Below, one piece after another: positions 27,083 to 37,984 of a stretch of 61,774 bases of DNA. The stretch is from an uncultured bacterium (lineage in GTDB: Bacteria > Chlamydiota > Chlamydiia > Chlamydiales > Parachlamydiaceae). How positions within the stretch are numbered: position 1 is the first letter of the stretch; each line of letters opens with the position of its first letter. The stretch spans positions 1 to 61,774 of the forward strand of contig CAZABG010000003.1 in assembly GCA_964483465.1 (NCBI GenBank), written 5' to 3'. The notes beneath the pieces were generated by a model. It saw nothing but the letters and a program-made list of their open reading frames with translations, was not told where the DNA came from and searched no databases. The translations under genes were made by a program, and so were the position numbers.

Positions 27083-29002
27083 ATGTTGTCTTTGATACTT
27101 GCCATCTTAGGATTGAGCTTTTTAATATTTATTCATGAACTTGGCCACTATCTAATGGCAAGACGCGAAGGGATGAGGGTAGAAACATTTTCTATCGGAT
27201 TTGGAAAGCCCATTTTTTCGTGGATAAAGAACGGTGTGAAATGGCAGCTCGGCTGGATTCCTTTTGGGGGATTCGTCAAAATTGCTGGCACCGATACAGA
27301 CAAAAAACAAGACCTTTACGCTGTCAAAGATGGGTTTTTTGGTAGAGGTCCCTGGGCAAGAATCAAAGTCGCTTTAATGGGGCCCCTCGCAAATATCATA
27401 TTTGCTTTGATGGTTTTCGCTCTTTTGTGGGTAAACGGGGGAAGGGATAAATCCTTTGTTGAATACACACATAAGATCGGCTATGTCGATCCTCAATCCG
27501 AGCTATATCAAAGAGGTATTCGTCCCGGTGATGAAATTATAAGCTATGACGGTAAACTCTTAAAAGGTTCTGCTGACCACGTTTACGCAACCTTATTTGG
27601 ATCTGACGTGATTGATGTTAAAGGCAATCGGGTCGACTATAGAGACAACAGCCGAGAAACCTTTGAATACAATTTAAAATCCTATTCTCATCCTAGCGAA
27701 AAGAAATGGAAATCTATCGGTGTTCTAAATCCTGCAAGTTACATTGTCTACGACAAGTTTCCAAACGGCAATGAAAATCCTCTTGTTAAAGGATCTCCTT
27801 TAGAAACAAGCGGTATTCAATATGGCGATCGTATTGTGTGGATGGATGGATATGTTCTCTTTTCTGTTCCGCATATGCATGCCCTTCTCAATGATGGCAA
27901 AACCCTGCTTACTGTAAAGAGGGGAGATCAAATCATCCTCGTTCGTGTTCCACGAGTTAAAATAAGTGAATTAAGACTCGATCCGGAAGTGAAAGAAGAG
28001 TTTACAGACTGGCAATATGAAGCCAATGTCAAAGGGGTAAAACTTCAAGATCTTTATGCTATCCCTTATAATCTAACTCAAGACGGCGTAGTAGAGAATC
28101 AATTAAAATTCCTCGATAAGGACATGGAAGAAAAGATTTTTCCAAGCTACGTCTCATCTTCTATCGAAAGTCCTCTTCTTCCTCGTGATAAAATCATCGG
28201 TGTAGACGGAAAACCTGTAAAGTTCGCCTACCAGATTTTTTCAGCCGTACAAACGAAAGCGGTTTCTATCATTGTCGAAAGAAAAGAGGCGCCTAAATCA
28301 CTTCAACTTTGGACAGAGGCCGATAAAGCGTTTGATGAAGATTACAATTTTAAAAATATTGATTTAATCACGCATTCGATTGGCCTTGAAAAGCCGGTTA
28401 CCCATAGCGGATCTTACGTGCTTCTTGCTCCTGTTACGCCGAAAATGCAATCCCAACTCGCTCTTAATCCTAATCTAGAAGCAACAAGAAAGAGAATTCT
28501 TGATGCGCTTAATGCGGAAGAAAGGGAAGCGGTTGAAAAAAGATGGAGCGAAACCGATAAACAGTATGTAGTTGGTTTTATCCCTCAAGATAGAAAAGTT
28601 CAGTACAATCCCGTTCCTACAGAGCTCTTTTGGAATGAAATTACCCAGATTGGAAACACTTTAAAGGCCCTTTTCACAAGAACAATATCTGTAGATTCCT
28701 TGAAAGGACCGGTTGGCATAGTGAGTATCGTTCAATCTGAGGGAACTCGCGGCATCGATGAAATTCTCTTTTGGCTCGGTTTTATCAGCTTGAATCTAGG
28801 GATTTTAAATCTTCTGCCCATTCCTGTTCTTGACGGGGGTACAATCATGATGTCGCTTTTTGAAATTGTGACAGGCAAAAAGATTCAACCTAAGACCATG
28901 GAAAAACTGATTTTACCTTTTGCGATCCTCTTGATCCTTTTCTTTGTTTATGTCACGTTTAACGATATAAGCAACCTTTTGAAAAGTTATATCCCGTGGT
29001 AG
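27083..29002 (+). CDS. rseP: RIP zinc metalloprotease RseP (site-2 protease, long PDZ region)
   Basis: An HELGHY zinc motif at the N-terminus, a C-terminal LNLLPIPVLDGG motif, and a central PDZ-like region. Confidence 0.85.
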   Translation: MLSLILAILGLSFLIFIHELGHYLMARREGMRVETFSIGFGKPIFSWIKNGVKWQLGWIPFGGFVKIAGTDTDKKQDLYAVKDGFFGRGPWARIKVALMGPLANIIFALMVFALLWVNGGRDKSFVEYTHKIGYVDPQSELYQRGIRPGDEIISYDGKLLKGSADHVYATLFGSDVIDVKGNRVDYRDNSRETFEYNLKSYSHPSEKKWKSIGVLNPASYIVYDKFPNGNENPLVKGSPLETSGIQYGDRIVWMDGYVLFSVPHMHALLNDGKTLLTVKRGDQIILVRVPRVKISELRLDPEVKEEFTDWQYEANVKGVKLQDLYAIPYNLTQDGVVENQLKFLDKDMEEKIFPSYVSSSIESPLLPRDKIIGVDGKPVKFAYQIFSAVQTKAVSIIVERKEAPKSLQLWTEADKAFDEDYNFKNIDLITHSIGLEKPVTHSGSYVLLAPVTPKMQSQLALNPNLEATRKRILDALNAEEREAVEKRWSETDKQYVVGFIPQDRKVQYNPVPTELFWNEITQIGNTLKALFTRTISVDSLKGPVGIVSIVQSEGTRGIDEILFWLGFISLNLGILNLLPIPVLDGGTIMMSLFEIVTGKKIQPKTMEKLILPFAILLILFFVYVTFNDISNLLKSYIPW

Positions 29003-29676
29003 AAAAGTTAGAAGTATATATAGGTACGGAGCCAGATTTCTGGCTCCCTACCGAAGTGCTTCGCTATAGTATTCTTTCCAGAACCAAGTCCTTGATCGAA
29101 TTTACAGAGATTAAGGAAGTCCCCACAAAGAAGTTTATTTCTCCTTATTCGGGTTTAAAGCGCTTTTTTGTTCCGCAGCTAAATAATTACAAATCTAAAG
29201 CTCTCTATATTAATTCAGGTTCGCTCGTTCTTTGCGATGTTGAGGAACTTTTTAATATGGATATGAAAATCCATGGGGCTTTGGCCCGTCCTAAGCTTTC
29301 AGGCGTACATGGTTTTTATACAGGGGTTATGCTGCTTGATTGTCCCCGACTAAAGTGGAACGGAGATGCCCTTTTGGAAAAAACCGTAAATCACGATGTT
29401 TATAACAAAACGGTGTGGGGGATGGAGGGAGGGCTTGTCACGAAAGACCTAGGTCCACTTCCTGAAGAATATAACCATTTTGATCAGTATGGACCCGCTA
29501 CAAAAATTTTAGTGTATAGCGAATACGCTAATGCCCCTTGGAAAAATAGGCATCATCCACACGGAGAGTTGTTCAGGCAAGAGCTGAAGAAAGCAATTGC
29601 CGATAAAGAAATTCCACTGGATCTCGTAGAAAATGAAATTGCAAATAATAGAATAGCTCCAGATATCTTGGATTGA
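28996..29676 (+). CDS. Glycosyltransferase family 8-like protein lacking a canonical DxD motif
   Basis: The GT8-like layout reads VYIGTEPDF..VLRYSIL, then KRFFVPQL..KALYINSGSLVLCDVEELF, then FYTGVMLLD, then LPEEYNHF..ILVYSEYANAPW. The expected YLDxD position reads YINSG. GTG start overlapping the rseP stop. Confidence 0.5.
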   Translation: MVEKLEVYIGTEPDFWLPTEVLRYSILSRTKSLIEFTEIKEVPTKKFISPYSGLKRFFVPQLNNYKSKALYINSGSLVLCDVEELFNMDMKIHGALARPKLSGVHGFYTGVMLLDCPRLKWNGDALLEKTVNHDVYNKTVWGMEGGLVTKDLGPLPEEYNHFDQYGPATKILVYSEYANAPWKNRHHPHGELFRQELKKAIADKEIPLDLVENEIANNRIAPDILD

Positions 29677-29764
29677 TTTTCATTTTAACCCATTATTAGA
29701 TTATAGGGATTGACTCTAGTTCCATCGATAAGTTATCTGAATAAAGTCAGGAGATCGATTTTTA

Positions 29765-30283
29765 ATGGAAACGATTATTTTATGCGGGTTGCCGGGAACT
29801 GGAAAATCAGCCGCCGGTAAGATATTATCCGCTAAGTTAGGTTGGCAATATATCGATACAGATCTTTATCTTGAAAAATTTTACAAAGGTTTAACGGGGG
29901 ATATTTTATCTTGCCGAGATCTTTATAAAAAAATAGGTGATGCTCATTTCCGCGATCTAGAAAATCAAATGCTATCTGGAATGTCAAAAATCGAAAAAAG
30001 TGTGATTTCCATTGGAGGTGGGACACTAAATGATCCGCGCAATATAGAAATTTTGCGAAAGTTGGGCACTATTATTTATTTAAAGAATGATCGAAAAGTT
30101 ATTTTTGAAAGATTAATGTCGAAGGGAATGCCTGCTTATTTAGACCCAAAAAATCCCTTTCAGTCTTTTGAGTCAATGGCAGATACACGTGAAAAGATAT
30201 ACAAATCGGTTGCTGACATTACCTACGATACGGGCAAACTATCCCCTGAAGAAATTGCGACAGAACTTATTAAGCTATTATAA
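29765..30283 (+). CDS. aroK: Shikimate kinase
   Basis: Walker A GLPGTGKS, ISIGGG, 172 aa, and aro-cluster context. Confidence 0.8.
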   Translation: METIILCGLPGTGKSAAGKILSAKLGWQYIDTDLYLEKFYKGLTGDILSCRDLYKKIGDAHFRDLENQMLSGMSKIEKSVISIGGGTLNDPRNIEILRKLGTIIYLKNDRKVIFERLMSKGMPAYLDPKNPFQSFESMADTREKIYKSVADITYDTGKLSPEEIATELIKLL

Positions 30284-30599
30284 TTTTTTTCTAGAGATGA
30301 TCCGTTTCGCATGTACTAAATGACACGGTATTTAGAATAGACCTCTTTTGAAATTCCATTAGGTCGCGATAGTTCTATTGCAAAGTTTTTTGATCTTATG
30401 TCGACATACACTTTTCAAAGATTCGTTGAAATTATGATTTTGACGGATATATCATAGAAGTGCACGATGATATTTTTTGCTAACAAAGGATGTTCGTAAG
30501 CCCTTGATTATAAACAAATAGAAAAACTAGCTGGAACCGCCTAAAGAAAAGAGAAGTTCTTCGCATAATGCGGCAAATTTAGCCAAAGAGGTAATTCTA

Positions 30600-31889
30600 A
30601 TGAGCACTTATCGGGTAAGAAAATCTGGCGTAAGGGGAAGCATCTCTGTACCCTCTTCAAAGTCGCACACGATGCGGGCTATTCTCTTTGCCTCTTTGGC
30701 AAAAGGACGATCGGTTATTTGGAACTGGCTGAAATCAAGTGACGCTGAGGCGATGATTAAAGCCTGCCGCCTTTTTGGATCGGATATTGTTCTACATTCT
30801 GATCGCCTCGAAATCACAGGTTTAAATGGAGAGATCAAAGACACAGAGGATGTAATCAACGCGGGCAATTCTGGGATTGTTCTTCGTTTTATAAGTTCAA
30901 TTGCGGCTTTATCTTCGCATTACACAATCATCACAGGGGATCACTCGATAAGGCATCAGCGTCCTATTCAACCTTTATTAGACGGGTTATCAATGCTTGG
31001 TGCGTTTACAGCATCTTCAAGAGGAGATGGTTATGCACCGGTCATTATACGCGGTCCCATGAAGAGCGGAAAGGTAACGATTGACGGACTTGATTCACAA
31101 CCCGTTTCAGCCTTATTGATAGCTTCGGCTTTTTTAGAAGGAGAGACTGATATCAAAGTTATAAATCCAGGGGAAAAACCATGGATTTTACTCACCTTGG
31201 ATTGGTTTGATCGTTTGGGAGTACAGTATGAAAATCATGATTTTGAAAGTTATAAAATTATAGGAAAAGCAAGGTATGATGGATTTGACTATACCGTTCC
31301 GGGAGATTTAAGTTCGGCTGCATTTCCTATTGCCGCAGCCCTAATTACAGATTCAGAATTGACGATCAATAATATCGATATGAATGATAGGCAGGGTGAT
31401 AAGGAATTAATCTATGTTCTTCAAAAGATGGGGGCAAAAATTGAGATTGATGATAAAACAAAGTCGCTAAAAGTCAAGCGAGGAGGAAGGCTGCGCGGGA
31501 TGGAAATTGATATCAATACCTTTATTGACGCAATTACCATTCTTGCTGTGATTGGCTGCTACGCTGAAGGGGAGACCCATATCACGAATGCGGCGATCGC
31601 AAGGCATAAAGAGAGCGATCGTCTCCATGCCATTACCACAGAACTTCAAAAGATGGGGGCAAAAATTACCGAACGGCCTGACAGCTTGATTATCAAACAA
31701 TCCGCTTTAAAGGGAGCCGTTGTTTTTTCTCATCATGACCACCGAGTTGCCATGTCGATGATGGTAGCCGCTTTAGGAGCAGAGGGGGAAACCTTAATTA
31801 ACCACGCAGAATGTGTAGCTAAAACATTTCCAGACGTCGCCCAGGCATTTCAGACGTTAGGAGCAAATATAGAAATTAAAGAGGATTAA
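30600..31889 (+). CDS. aroA: 3-phosphoshikimate 1-carboxyvinyltransferase (EPSP synthase)
   Basis: VPSSKSHTMRA, NAGNSGIVLRF and HHDHRVAMS motifs. 429 aa. Confidence 0.92.
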   Translation: MSTYRVRKSGVRGSISVPSSKSHTMRAILFASLAKGRSVIWNWLKSSDAEAMIKACRLFGSDIVLHSDRLEITGLNGEIKDTEDVINAGNSGIVLRFISSIAALSSHYTIITGDHSIRHQRPIQPLLDGLSMLGAFTASSRGDGYAPVIIRGPMKSGKVTIDGLDSQPVSALLIASAFLEGETDIKVINPGEKPWILLTLDWFDRLGVQYENHDFESYKIIGKARYDGFDYTVPGDLSSAAFPIAAALITDSELTINNIDMNDRQGDKELIYVLQKMGAKIEIDDKTKSLKVKRGGRLRGMEIDINTFIDAITILAVIGCYAEGETHITNAAIARHKESDRLHAITTELQKMGAKITERPDSLIIKQSALKGAVVFSHHDHRVAMSMMVAALGAEGETLINHAECVAKTFPDVAQAFQTLGANIEIKED

Positions 31890-31892
31890 AGT

Positions 31893-32984
31893 ATGGCAGC
31901 CAATTCTTTTGGAAAACTATTTAGAATTACAACCTTTGGAGAATCCCACGGAAAAGCCATTGGTGTAGTAATAGATGGCTGTCCTGCAGGATTGGAAATC
32001 AATGATGAGGAAATCAATTTAGAATTGGCTCTACGGGCTCCAGGGAGAAATGCGTATACCACTCCTAGAAAAGAGACGGATAAGGGAGAAATTTTATCGG
32101 GTCTATTCGAGGGTAAAACGACAGGTGCCCCGATCTGTATTTTAATTCACAATAAAGACCAAGATTCGAGCAAATACAGTCCTATAAAAGATCTTTTGAG
32201 ACCGGGCCACGCCAATTATACTTATTTGCAAAAATACGGAATTTTTGACTATCGCGGGGGCGGACGATCATCTGCAAGAGAAACGGCTTGTCGTGTAGCT
32301 GCAGGTGCAGTTGCAAAGAAAATCCTTGCTCATTATAACATCTCGGTTTCGGCTTATATTAAACAAATTGGACCGATAATTGCAGACATTCACTTTTACG
32401 ATGCCAAATCCTTGCGGGAAGCGACTTACAATGATCCCGTTTTTTGTCCAAATGCCGATGCCTCAAAAGAAATGATCGCCTCTTTGCAAAAGGCAATGGA
32501 TGCAGGAGATTCTCTTGGGGGGGTAATTGAGTTTATTGCTTTATCTCTTCCTGCAGGCCTTGGTGACCCTGTTTACGAAAAGCTTGAAGCTAATTTAGCG
32601 GCAGCAATGATGAGCCTGCCTGCTACTAAAGGCTTTGAAATGGGTTCAGGATTCAAGGCGGCCTCGATGCTTGGATCGGAGCATAACGATATCTTCGAAT
32701 CGGTCGATGATCGGATTGAAACTAAAACAAATTTCGCCGGAGGCACGCTTGGTGGGATTTCAACCGGAATGCCCCTTGTTGGAAGAGTCGCGTTCAAACC
32801 TACTTCAAGCATCAAGAAGCCGCAACAAACGTTAAATCTTGAGGGGGAAGAGAAAACTATCCTTCTGCCTGAAGGTTCAAGGCACGACCCTTGTGTCACC
32901 ATTCGCGCCGTGCCAATTGTAGAAGCCATGACTGCCCTCGTTCTTGTCGATGCGCTTTTGTACAATAGGTGCGTCAAGCTATAA
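31893..32984 (+). CDS. aroC: Chorismate synthase
   Basis: FGESHG, RPGHANYTY, GGGRSSARET and GRHDPC-like (SRHDPCV) motifs. Confidence 0.92.
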   Translation: MAANSFGKLFRITTFGESHGKAIGVVIDGCPAGLEINDEEINLELALRAPGRNAYTTPRKETDKGEILSGLFEGKTTGAPICILIHNKDQDSSKYSPIKDLLRPGHANYTYLQKYGIFDYRGGGRSSARETACRVAAGAVAKKILAHYNISVSAYIKQIGPIIADIHFYDAKSLREATYNDPVFCPNADASKEMIASLQKAMDAGDSLGGVIEFIALSLPAGLGDPVYEKLEANLAAAMMSLPATKGFEMGSGFKAASMLGSEHNDIFESVDDRIETKTNFAGGTLGGISTGMPLVGRVAFKPTSSIKKPQQTLNLEGEEKTILLPEGSRHDPCVTIRAVPIVEAMTALVLVDALLYNRCVKL

Positions 32985-33118
32985 AAAATTTAAAATAATA
33001 AAAAGTCTAGCTGAGCTTTAGTGAATATTACTTTCGTAACTCTCAAAGAGCATATAGAGAGATAGGAGTAGAATCGTCCTGCTCTCATGTGAATTAGATC
33101 AGGCAAAAAAAAATAATC

Positions 33119-34207
33119 TCATTTAGACATAGATAAAAGAGCTTCTTTTATAGTTTTTCTATCGATATCATCATATTTTTCAACTTTCCCGATTTTGCGG
33201 GCTACGATCAAATTGATTTTTCCTCCCGAAGCTTTCTTATCCCCTGCCATCAATTCTATCAATCTATCTAGATCTATGTCCTGTGGGAGCTTTATGGGCA
33301 GTTCAGCTGTTAGAAGCAGTTTTTCTTGTCTTTTTATGAAGGAATCATCAACTAGACCAAGCTCGCGGCTTATATAAGCTTCAGAGCAAATGCCAATAGA
33401 AACCGCCTCTCCATGCAAATACTTCTTATAACCCGTTATAGTTTCGAGCGCATGGGCAACCGTGTGTCCCCAGTTTAAAATGGCTCTTACTCCTTTTTCT
33501 TTTTCATCTTTCCCGACAATTTCGGCCTTGATCATGACAGTTTTCTCAATCAAAGGTCCCATTTTACTTGGACCCTCCTTCAGGATAGTTTTAAGATTTT
33601 CTTCTAGATAGTGAAAAAAATCTTCATTCCAAATGACCGCACTTTTAATAACTTCCGCAAGACCTGAATGAAGTTCTCTTGAAGGAAGAGAGCCAAGAAA
33701 ATGCGGAGCAATAAGGATCATTTTAGATTGATAAAAAGTCCCAACTAAGTTTTTTCCTGAAGGTAGATTTACCGCTGTTTTGCCGCCGATTGCCGCATCT
33801 ACCATTCCCATCAAGGTAGTAGGAATTAGGAGGCTATCAATTCCTCGCATATAGCAAGAGGCGACAAATCCTGATAAATCGGTTACCGCTCCCCCCCCTA
33901 ATCCCAATACAAAAGATGTCCGTTCGACGCCATAAGCATGCATTCTTTCCCAGCATTGCTCTGCAGAACTTAAACGTTTAGAGGTTTCTCCAGAGGGTAG
34001 AATGATAGATTCAACTTGAATTTTTGCCTCTTCAAGAGCTTGAATTATTTTTTTGCCATGCAAAGGAAAGACATGAGTATCAGAGATTAGAGCGGCTTTA
34101 CTGTTTGCGGCATAGTTTTTTTTAAGATAACTGATAAGTAGATCAAGCTTTTCATTCTCTATGACAATTCGACTATTGAAAAGGGTAAAATCAAGGGCCA
34201 TATTCAT
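33119..34207 (-). CDS. aroB: 3-dehydroquinate synthase
   Basis: GLGGGAVTDLSGF, GGKTAVN, and HTVAHALE..HGEAVSIG metal-site motifs. Confidence 0.9.
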   Translation of the reverse strand: MNMALDFTLFNSRIVIENEKLDLLISYLKKNYAANSKAALISDTHVFPLHGKKIIQALEEAKIQVESIILPSGETSKRLSSAEQCWERMHAYGVERTSFVLGLGGGAVTDLSGFVASCYMRGIDSLLIPTTLMGMVDAAIGGKTAVNLPSGKNLVGTFYQSKMILIAPHFLGSLPSRELHSGLAEVIKSAVIWNEDFFHYLEENLKTILKEGPSKMGPLIEKTVMIKAEIVGKDEKEKGVRAILNWGHTVAHALETITGYKKYLHGEAVSIGICSEAYISRELGLVDDSFIKRQEKLLLTAELPIKLPQDIDLDRLIELMAGDKKASGGKINLIVARKIGKVEKYDDIDRKTIKEALLSMSK

Positions 34208-34568
34208 TTTTTAGTATAGATAGCGATATATTACAATTACAGTTTAATACGAGGCTTTGAAACAGCTTAAATTTAGTAGGGTGAATATGAAAGGCTTTGT
34301 TAATGAACAGAAAAAAATCACGAATAGGGCCAAAATCAAGGAGAGTAAAATGATGGAAATTAACCTCCAATCATGATGATATCTCTATTGTTTTAGTTAA
34401 AGAAAAAATCGGATTAGCGAGTTACTTAGATTTGAAATTTAAAATTAAACGCGTGAATTCTTACCGGTTAAGTCTTTTAAATATCTATTACACTTTTTAA
34501 AACTTTATCATTTGAACATAAATGCTCAACTTAATTCATATAAATAAAACTTATGATATACGGGGTAG

Positions 34569-36287
34569 GTGGAAAGAACACTATTTCGACATCTTAGAAG
34601 TATTTATAAAAAAAATATTAGCACCCTTTCCATTAGTTTTATTCTGATAGCGCTTGCGAATATACTTCTTATTTCAAATCCGTTGATCATGCGCTATGCG
34701 ATTGAGAACCAATTAAATCCCTGGATTGTTGCCCCGCTGCTATTGGGTGTCGCATTTGTTTCCGCCTATTTGCGCTACAGTATGCGAATCTCTTTTGTCA
34801 AAGTGTCGAGAGTTGAAGAGAAAGATATGAGATCGAGAATCTATAAAAGAATTTCCTCTCAGACGATGACTTTTTTTGATCGGCATGGGATAGGAGAGCT
34901 TACTTCAAGGCTGTCTTCTGATATTTCTTCCTATCGAGATGTTTTAGGACCGGGGTTATTCTTCCCGGTCTATTTTTTGACAACAGTCATACCTGCAACG
35001 ATTGCGCTATTTTGGCTTGCGCCTAAATTAGCGTGGATGGTCTTGATACCTATCATAGCAGTTCCGTTGATCAACGTGGTTTTAAGGGGCACTGTTTTCC
35101 ATTTATCCTCTAGATTTCAGTCGCTTCTTGCTGAAATGAGCAATTTTGTTCAGGAGACCTTTTCTGGCATTCGTATTGTTAAGGGTTATCACGCCGAAGA
35201 AAGCTTACTGAAACAATTTTATAAGTACTGCGATCAATTTGTTCATTTAAATGTTTCTATTATGAGCTTTCAAGGGTTAACCGCGCCCTTTTTAACCATG
35301 ATCACAAGATTGACGACGACCGTCATGGTTGTTGTTGCAGGGTTTTTGATTCTTAGCGGCAATGAAGTCATTACCATTGCGGATTTTGTCGCGTTTATGT
35401 GGATTCAATCCTATATCTATTTTCCCGTCTTGATTTTAGGGTGGGTGATGCCGATGTATCAGCAGGGGAGAGCTTCCTATGACAGACTCAAGAATATTTA
35501 TGAAGAGCCAATAGAAATCGAAGAGGGAGAAGGGGATGATAAAATACCATTTGGCTCGGATATCGAATTTAAACATCTGACTTTTACCTATCCTCGCCAA
35601 GAGGCACCTCAAATCAATGATTTAAACTTAAAGCTTCAGGGAGGCAAGTTTATAGGCCTTACAGGGCCTGCAGGAGGAGGAAAAAGTACGCTGTTTAAAC
35701 TCCTTAATAGGGAATATGAAATACCGAGAGGCATGATCACTATAGGGGGAAAAGATATACACGATTATCCCCTTGAAAGCTTCTATCAGAACATCGTGAC
35801 CGTGGAACAAATTCCTTTTCTTTTTTCAAAATCGATTAAAGAAAATGTCGGCTTCGCGGATGAAACCGCAACACAAGAAGATATTGTTAAAGCCTCTTCT
35901 CTTGCCGATCTGCATGAAACCGTTCTCTCTTTTGATGAAGGCTATGAGACTTTAGTTGGCGAAAAAGGGATTATGCTTTCAGGAGGGCAGAAGCAAAGGG
36001 TAGCGATTGCCAGGGCTTTTCTTGTGGAAAGATCCATATTGCTTTTGGACGACATATTCTCTGCGCTTGATACCGCGACCGAAGCCAAAATCTTTAAAGC
36101 TCTAAAGGAAAACTACGACGGAAAAACAGTCATTATTACGACTCAAAGGATATCGATTCTTGAAAAAATGGATGAAGTTATCGTACTTGCTAAAGGCAGA
36201 GTCATCCAAAATGGGTCGCCGGACGATTTACTTAAGCGAGAAGGCTATTTTAAAGCCATGAAGGAGCTAGATAGTTTAGCTATATGA
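34569..36287 (+). CDS. ABC exporter half-transporter (TMD-NBD, MsbA/MdlB-like), subunit 1
   Basis: Six-helix TMD, then Walker A GPAGGGKST, LSGGQKQRVAIARAF and LLLDD. GTG start. Confidence 0.85.
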   Translation: MERTLFRHLRSIYKKNISTLSISFILIALANILLISNPLIMRYAIENQLNPWIVAPLLLGVAFVSAYLRYSMRISFVKVSRVEEKDMRSRIYKRISSQTMTFFDRHGIGELTSRLSSDISSYRDVLGPGLFFPVYFLTTVIPATIALFWLAPKLAWMVLIPIIAVPLINVVLRGTVFHLSSRFQSLLAEMSNFVQETFSGIRIVKGYHAEESLLKQFYKYCDQFVHLNVSIMSFQGLTAPFLTMITRLTTTVMVVVAGFLILSGNEVITIADFVAFMWIQSYIYFPVLILGWVMPMYQQGRASYDRLKNIYEEPIEIEEGEGDDKIPFGSDIEFKHLTFTYPRQEAPQINDLNLKLQGGKFIGLTGPAGGGKSTLFKLLNREYEIPRGMITIGGKDIHDYPLESFYQNIVTVEQIPFLFSKSIKENVGFADETATQEDIVKASSLADLHETVLSFDEGYETLVGEKGIMLSGGQKQRVAIARAFLVERSILLLDDIFSALDTATEAKIFKALKENYDGKTVIITTQRISILEKMDEVIVLAKGRVIQNGSPDDLLKREGYFKAMKELDSLAI

Positions 36288-37984
36288 AATCCGAATACGG
36301 GCTATTTAAAAGGCTTTTAGGTTATTTAAGTCCTTATAAATATCAGGCAGCTTTTGCTATTTTTCTAATTATTCTTGCAAGGGGCATAGATGCGGCTGTT
36401 CCCTTATTAACAGGTCAGCTTGCCCAGAAAGTGCTTCAGCACAATAGTTCGATCGAGACATTAGTTAAGGAAGGCCTATTTCTCTTTTCTCTTTTGTGGG
36501 TCGGTTATGGCTTTGATTTTTTAAACACATGGGTAAAAAGTCGTATCGGTTCAAAAGCGCTTGTAAAGATGCGTATTGAGGTTTTTAACCATATTGAAAG
36601 ATTGCCCATATCCGAGTTTGATCGAGAGCCTGTAGGGCGATTGATGACGCGGGTGATGAATGATGTCGATCAAATTAATCAGATGCTTTCTGAATCGATT
36701 GTACCCCTATTTGGAAATCTAGTCCTTTTTTTGATGATATTGGGAGGGATGTTTTATCTCGATTATCGAATCGGTATATTAGTGCTCGCGCTTTTGCCGA
36801 TCGTTTTTCTTTTGACCGATTATTTTAGACGTATTCAGAGGGCATGCTACGATATCATTAGAACAGAAGTTTCCCGAATGAACTCATTTGTGCAAGAACA
36901 TCTGTCAGGCGTCATGGTAATCCGCCATTTTCATTTGGAAGATAGGGAATATGAAAAATTTGACGAGATAAATTCTGAATTGTCTAAAGCCTATCTTAAG
37001 ACGCATGAAAACTTTAGTTTTTACATCTCGGGAAACGATTTTTTACAAAGTTTAGCGCTTATCGGCGCCTATTTTTTGCTGTCTAATCAAATTCCTTTTG
37101 ATGCCGGGACCTTTTTTACCTTTAGCCTCTACGTGATGATGATTTTCAGGCCTCTTGCCGATCTTGCGGAAAGATACAATGTCCTGCAAGCCGCCTTTGC
37201 CGCATCTGAGAGAATTTTTGAGATGCTAGACCGGCCAATTGAGAAAGGAGACGGGATTGAGATATCGGATATTGAATCGATTGAATTTAAAGATGTGTGG
37301 TTTGCCTTTAGGGAAAATGAATGGGTTTTGAAAGGATTTAATCTAAAGCTGAATAAAGGCGACACTCTTGGTGTCGTAGGTAAAACAGGATCGGGTAAAA
37401 CCACTTTAATGTCTTTGATCCTCCGTTTTTACACAGTTGAAAGAGGAGAGATCTTAATCAATGAGATTCCTATCAAAGAAATATCTTTAGCTTCATTAAG
37501 GAAAAAATTCGGCGTTGTTTTGCAAGACCCTGTTCTATTTTCAGGCACCCTGCGAGATAATTTGACTCTATATGATCCACGCATATCCGATAAAGAAGCT
37601 ATCAAAGCGCTAGAATTTGTGGGGCTATCAAAAGAGGATCTGGATAGAAAAATACTTGAGAGAGGAAAGAGTTTAAGTTCTGGAGAGATGCAGCTGATTT
37701 CTCTTGCGCGAGTCTATTGCCATCGGGGAAAATTTTTGCTTTTAGATGAAGCGACGGCCAATATTGATCCCGTGACTGAAAGAAAAGTTCAAGAGGCTCT
37801 TAATAATTTATTAAGAGAAAGAGGCGCGCTTGTTATTGCCCATCGTTTGAGCACGTTAAAAGATGTAAGCCGAATTGTGGTTATGTCAAATGGACGCATC
37901 GTGGAACAAGGGACTCACGAAGAGCTTATGGCCTTAAAAGGAATGTATCAGAAACTTTATCTGCTTCAGTTTGCTGTTGAATAA
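36284..37984 (+). CDS. ABC exporter half-transporter, subunit 2
   Basis: TMD followed by GKTGSGKTT, LSSGEMQLISLARVY (a variant signature) and LLLDEATA. A 4-nt overlap with subunit 1 suggests a heterodimer. Confidence 0.85.
   Translation: MKSEYGLFKRLLGYLSPYKYQAAFAIFLIILARGIDAAVPLLTGQLAQKVLQHNSSIETLVKEGLFLFSLLWVGYGFDFLNTWVKSRIGSKALVKMRIEVFNHIERLPISEFDREPVGRLMTRVMNDVDQINQMLSESIVPLFGNLVLFLMILGGMFYLDYRIGILVLALLPIVFLLTDYFRRIQRACYDIIRTEVSRMNSFVQEHLSGVMVIRHFHLEDREYEKFDEINSELSKAYLKTHENFSFYISGNDFLQSLALIGAYFLLSNQIPFDAGTFFTFSLYVMMIFRPLADLAERYNVLQAAFAASERIFEMLDRPIEKGDGIEISDIESIEFKDVWFAFRENEWVLKGFNLKLNKGDTLGVVGKTGSGKTTLMSLILRFYTVERGEILINEIPIKEISLASLRKKFGVVLQDPVLFSGTLRDNLTLYDPRISDKEAIKALEFVGLSKEDLDRKILERGKSLSSGEMQLISLARVYCHRGKFLLLDEATANIDPVTERKVQEALNNLLRERGALVIAHRLSTLKDVSRIVVMSNGRIVEQGTHEELMALKGMYQKLYLLQFAVE

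Noticed and set aside
30284-30599. The 316-bp gap between aroK and aroA contains an 18-codon ORF (MSTYTFQRF...) that begins with the same four residues as AroA.
   Set aside because: The codons differ from the aroA start, so this is not a duplication. The ORF is too short to support, and no structured element was apparent.
32573-32977. A 134-aa minus-strand ORF lies inside aroC.
   Set aside because: It is antisense to a well-supported chorismate synthase gene and has no independent evidence.
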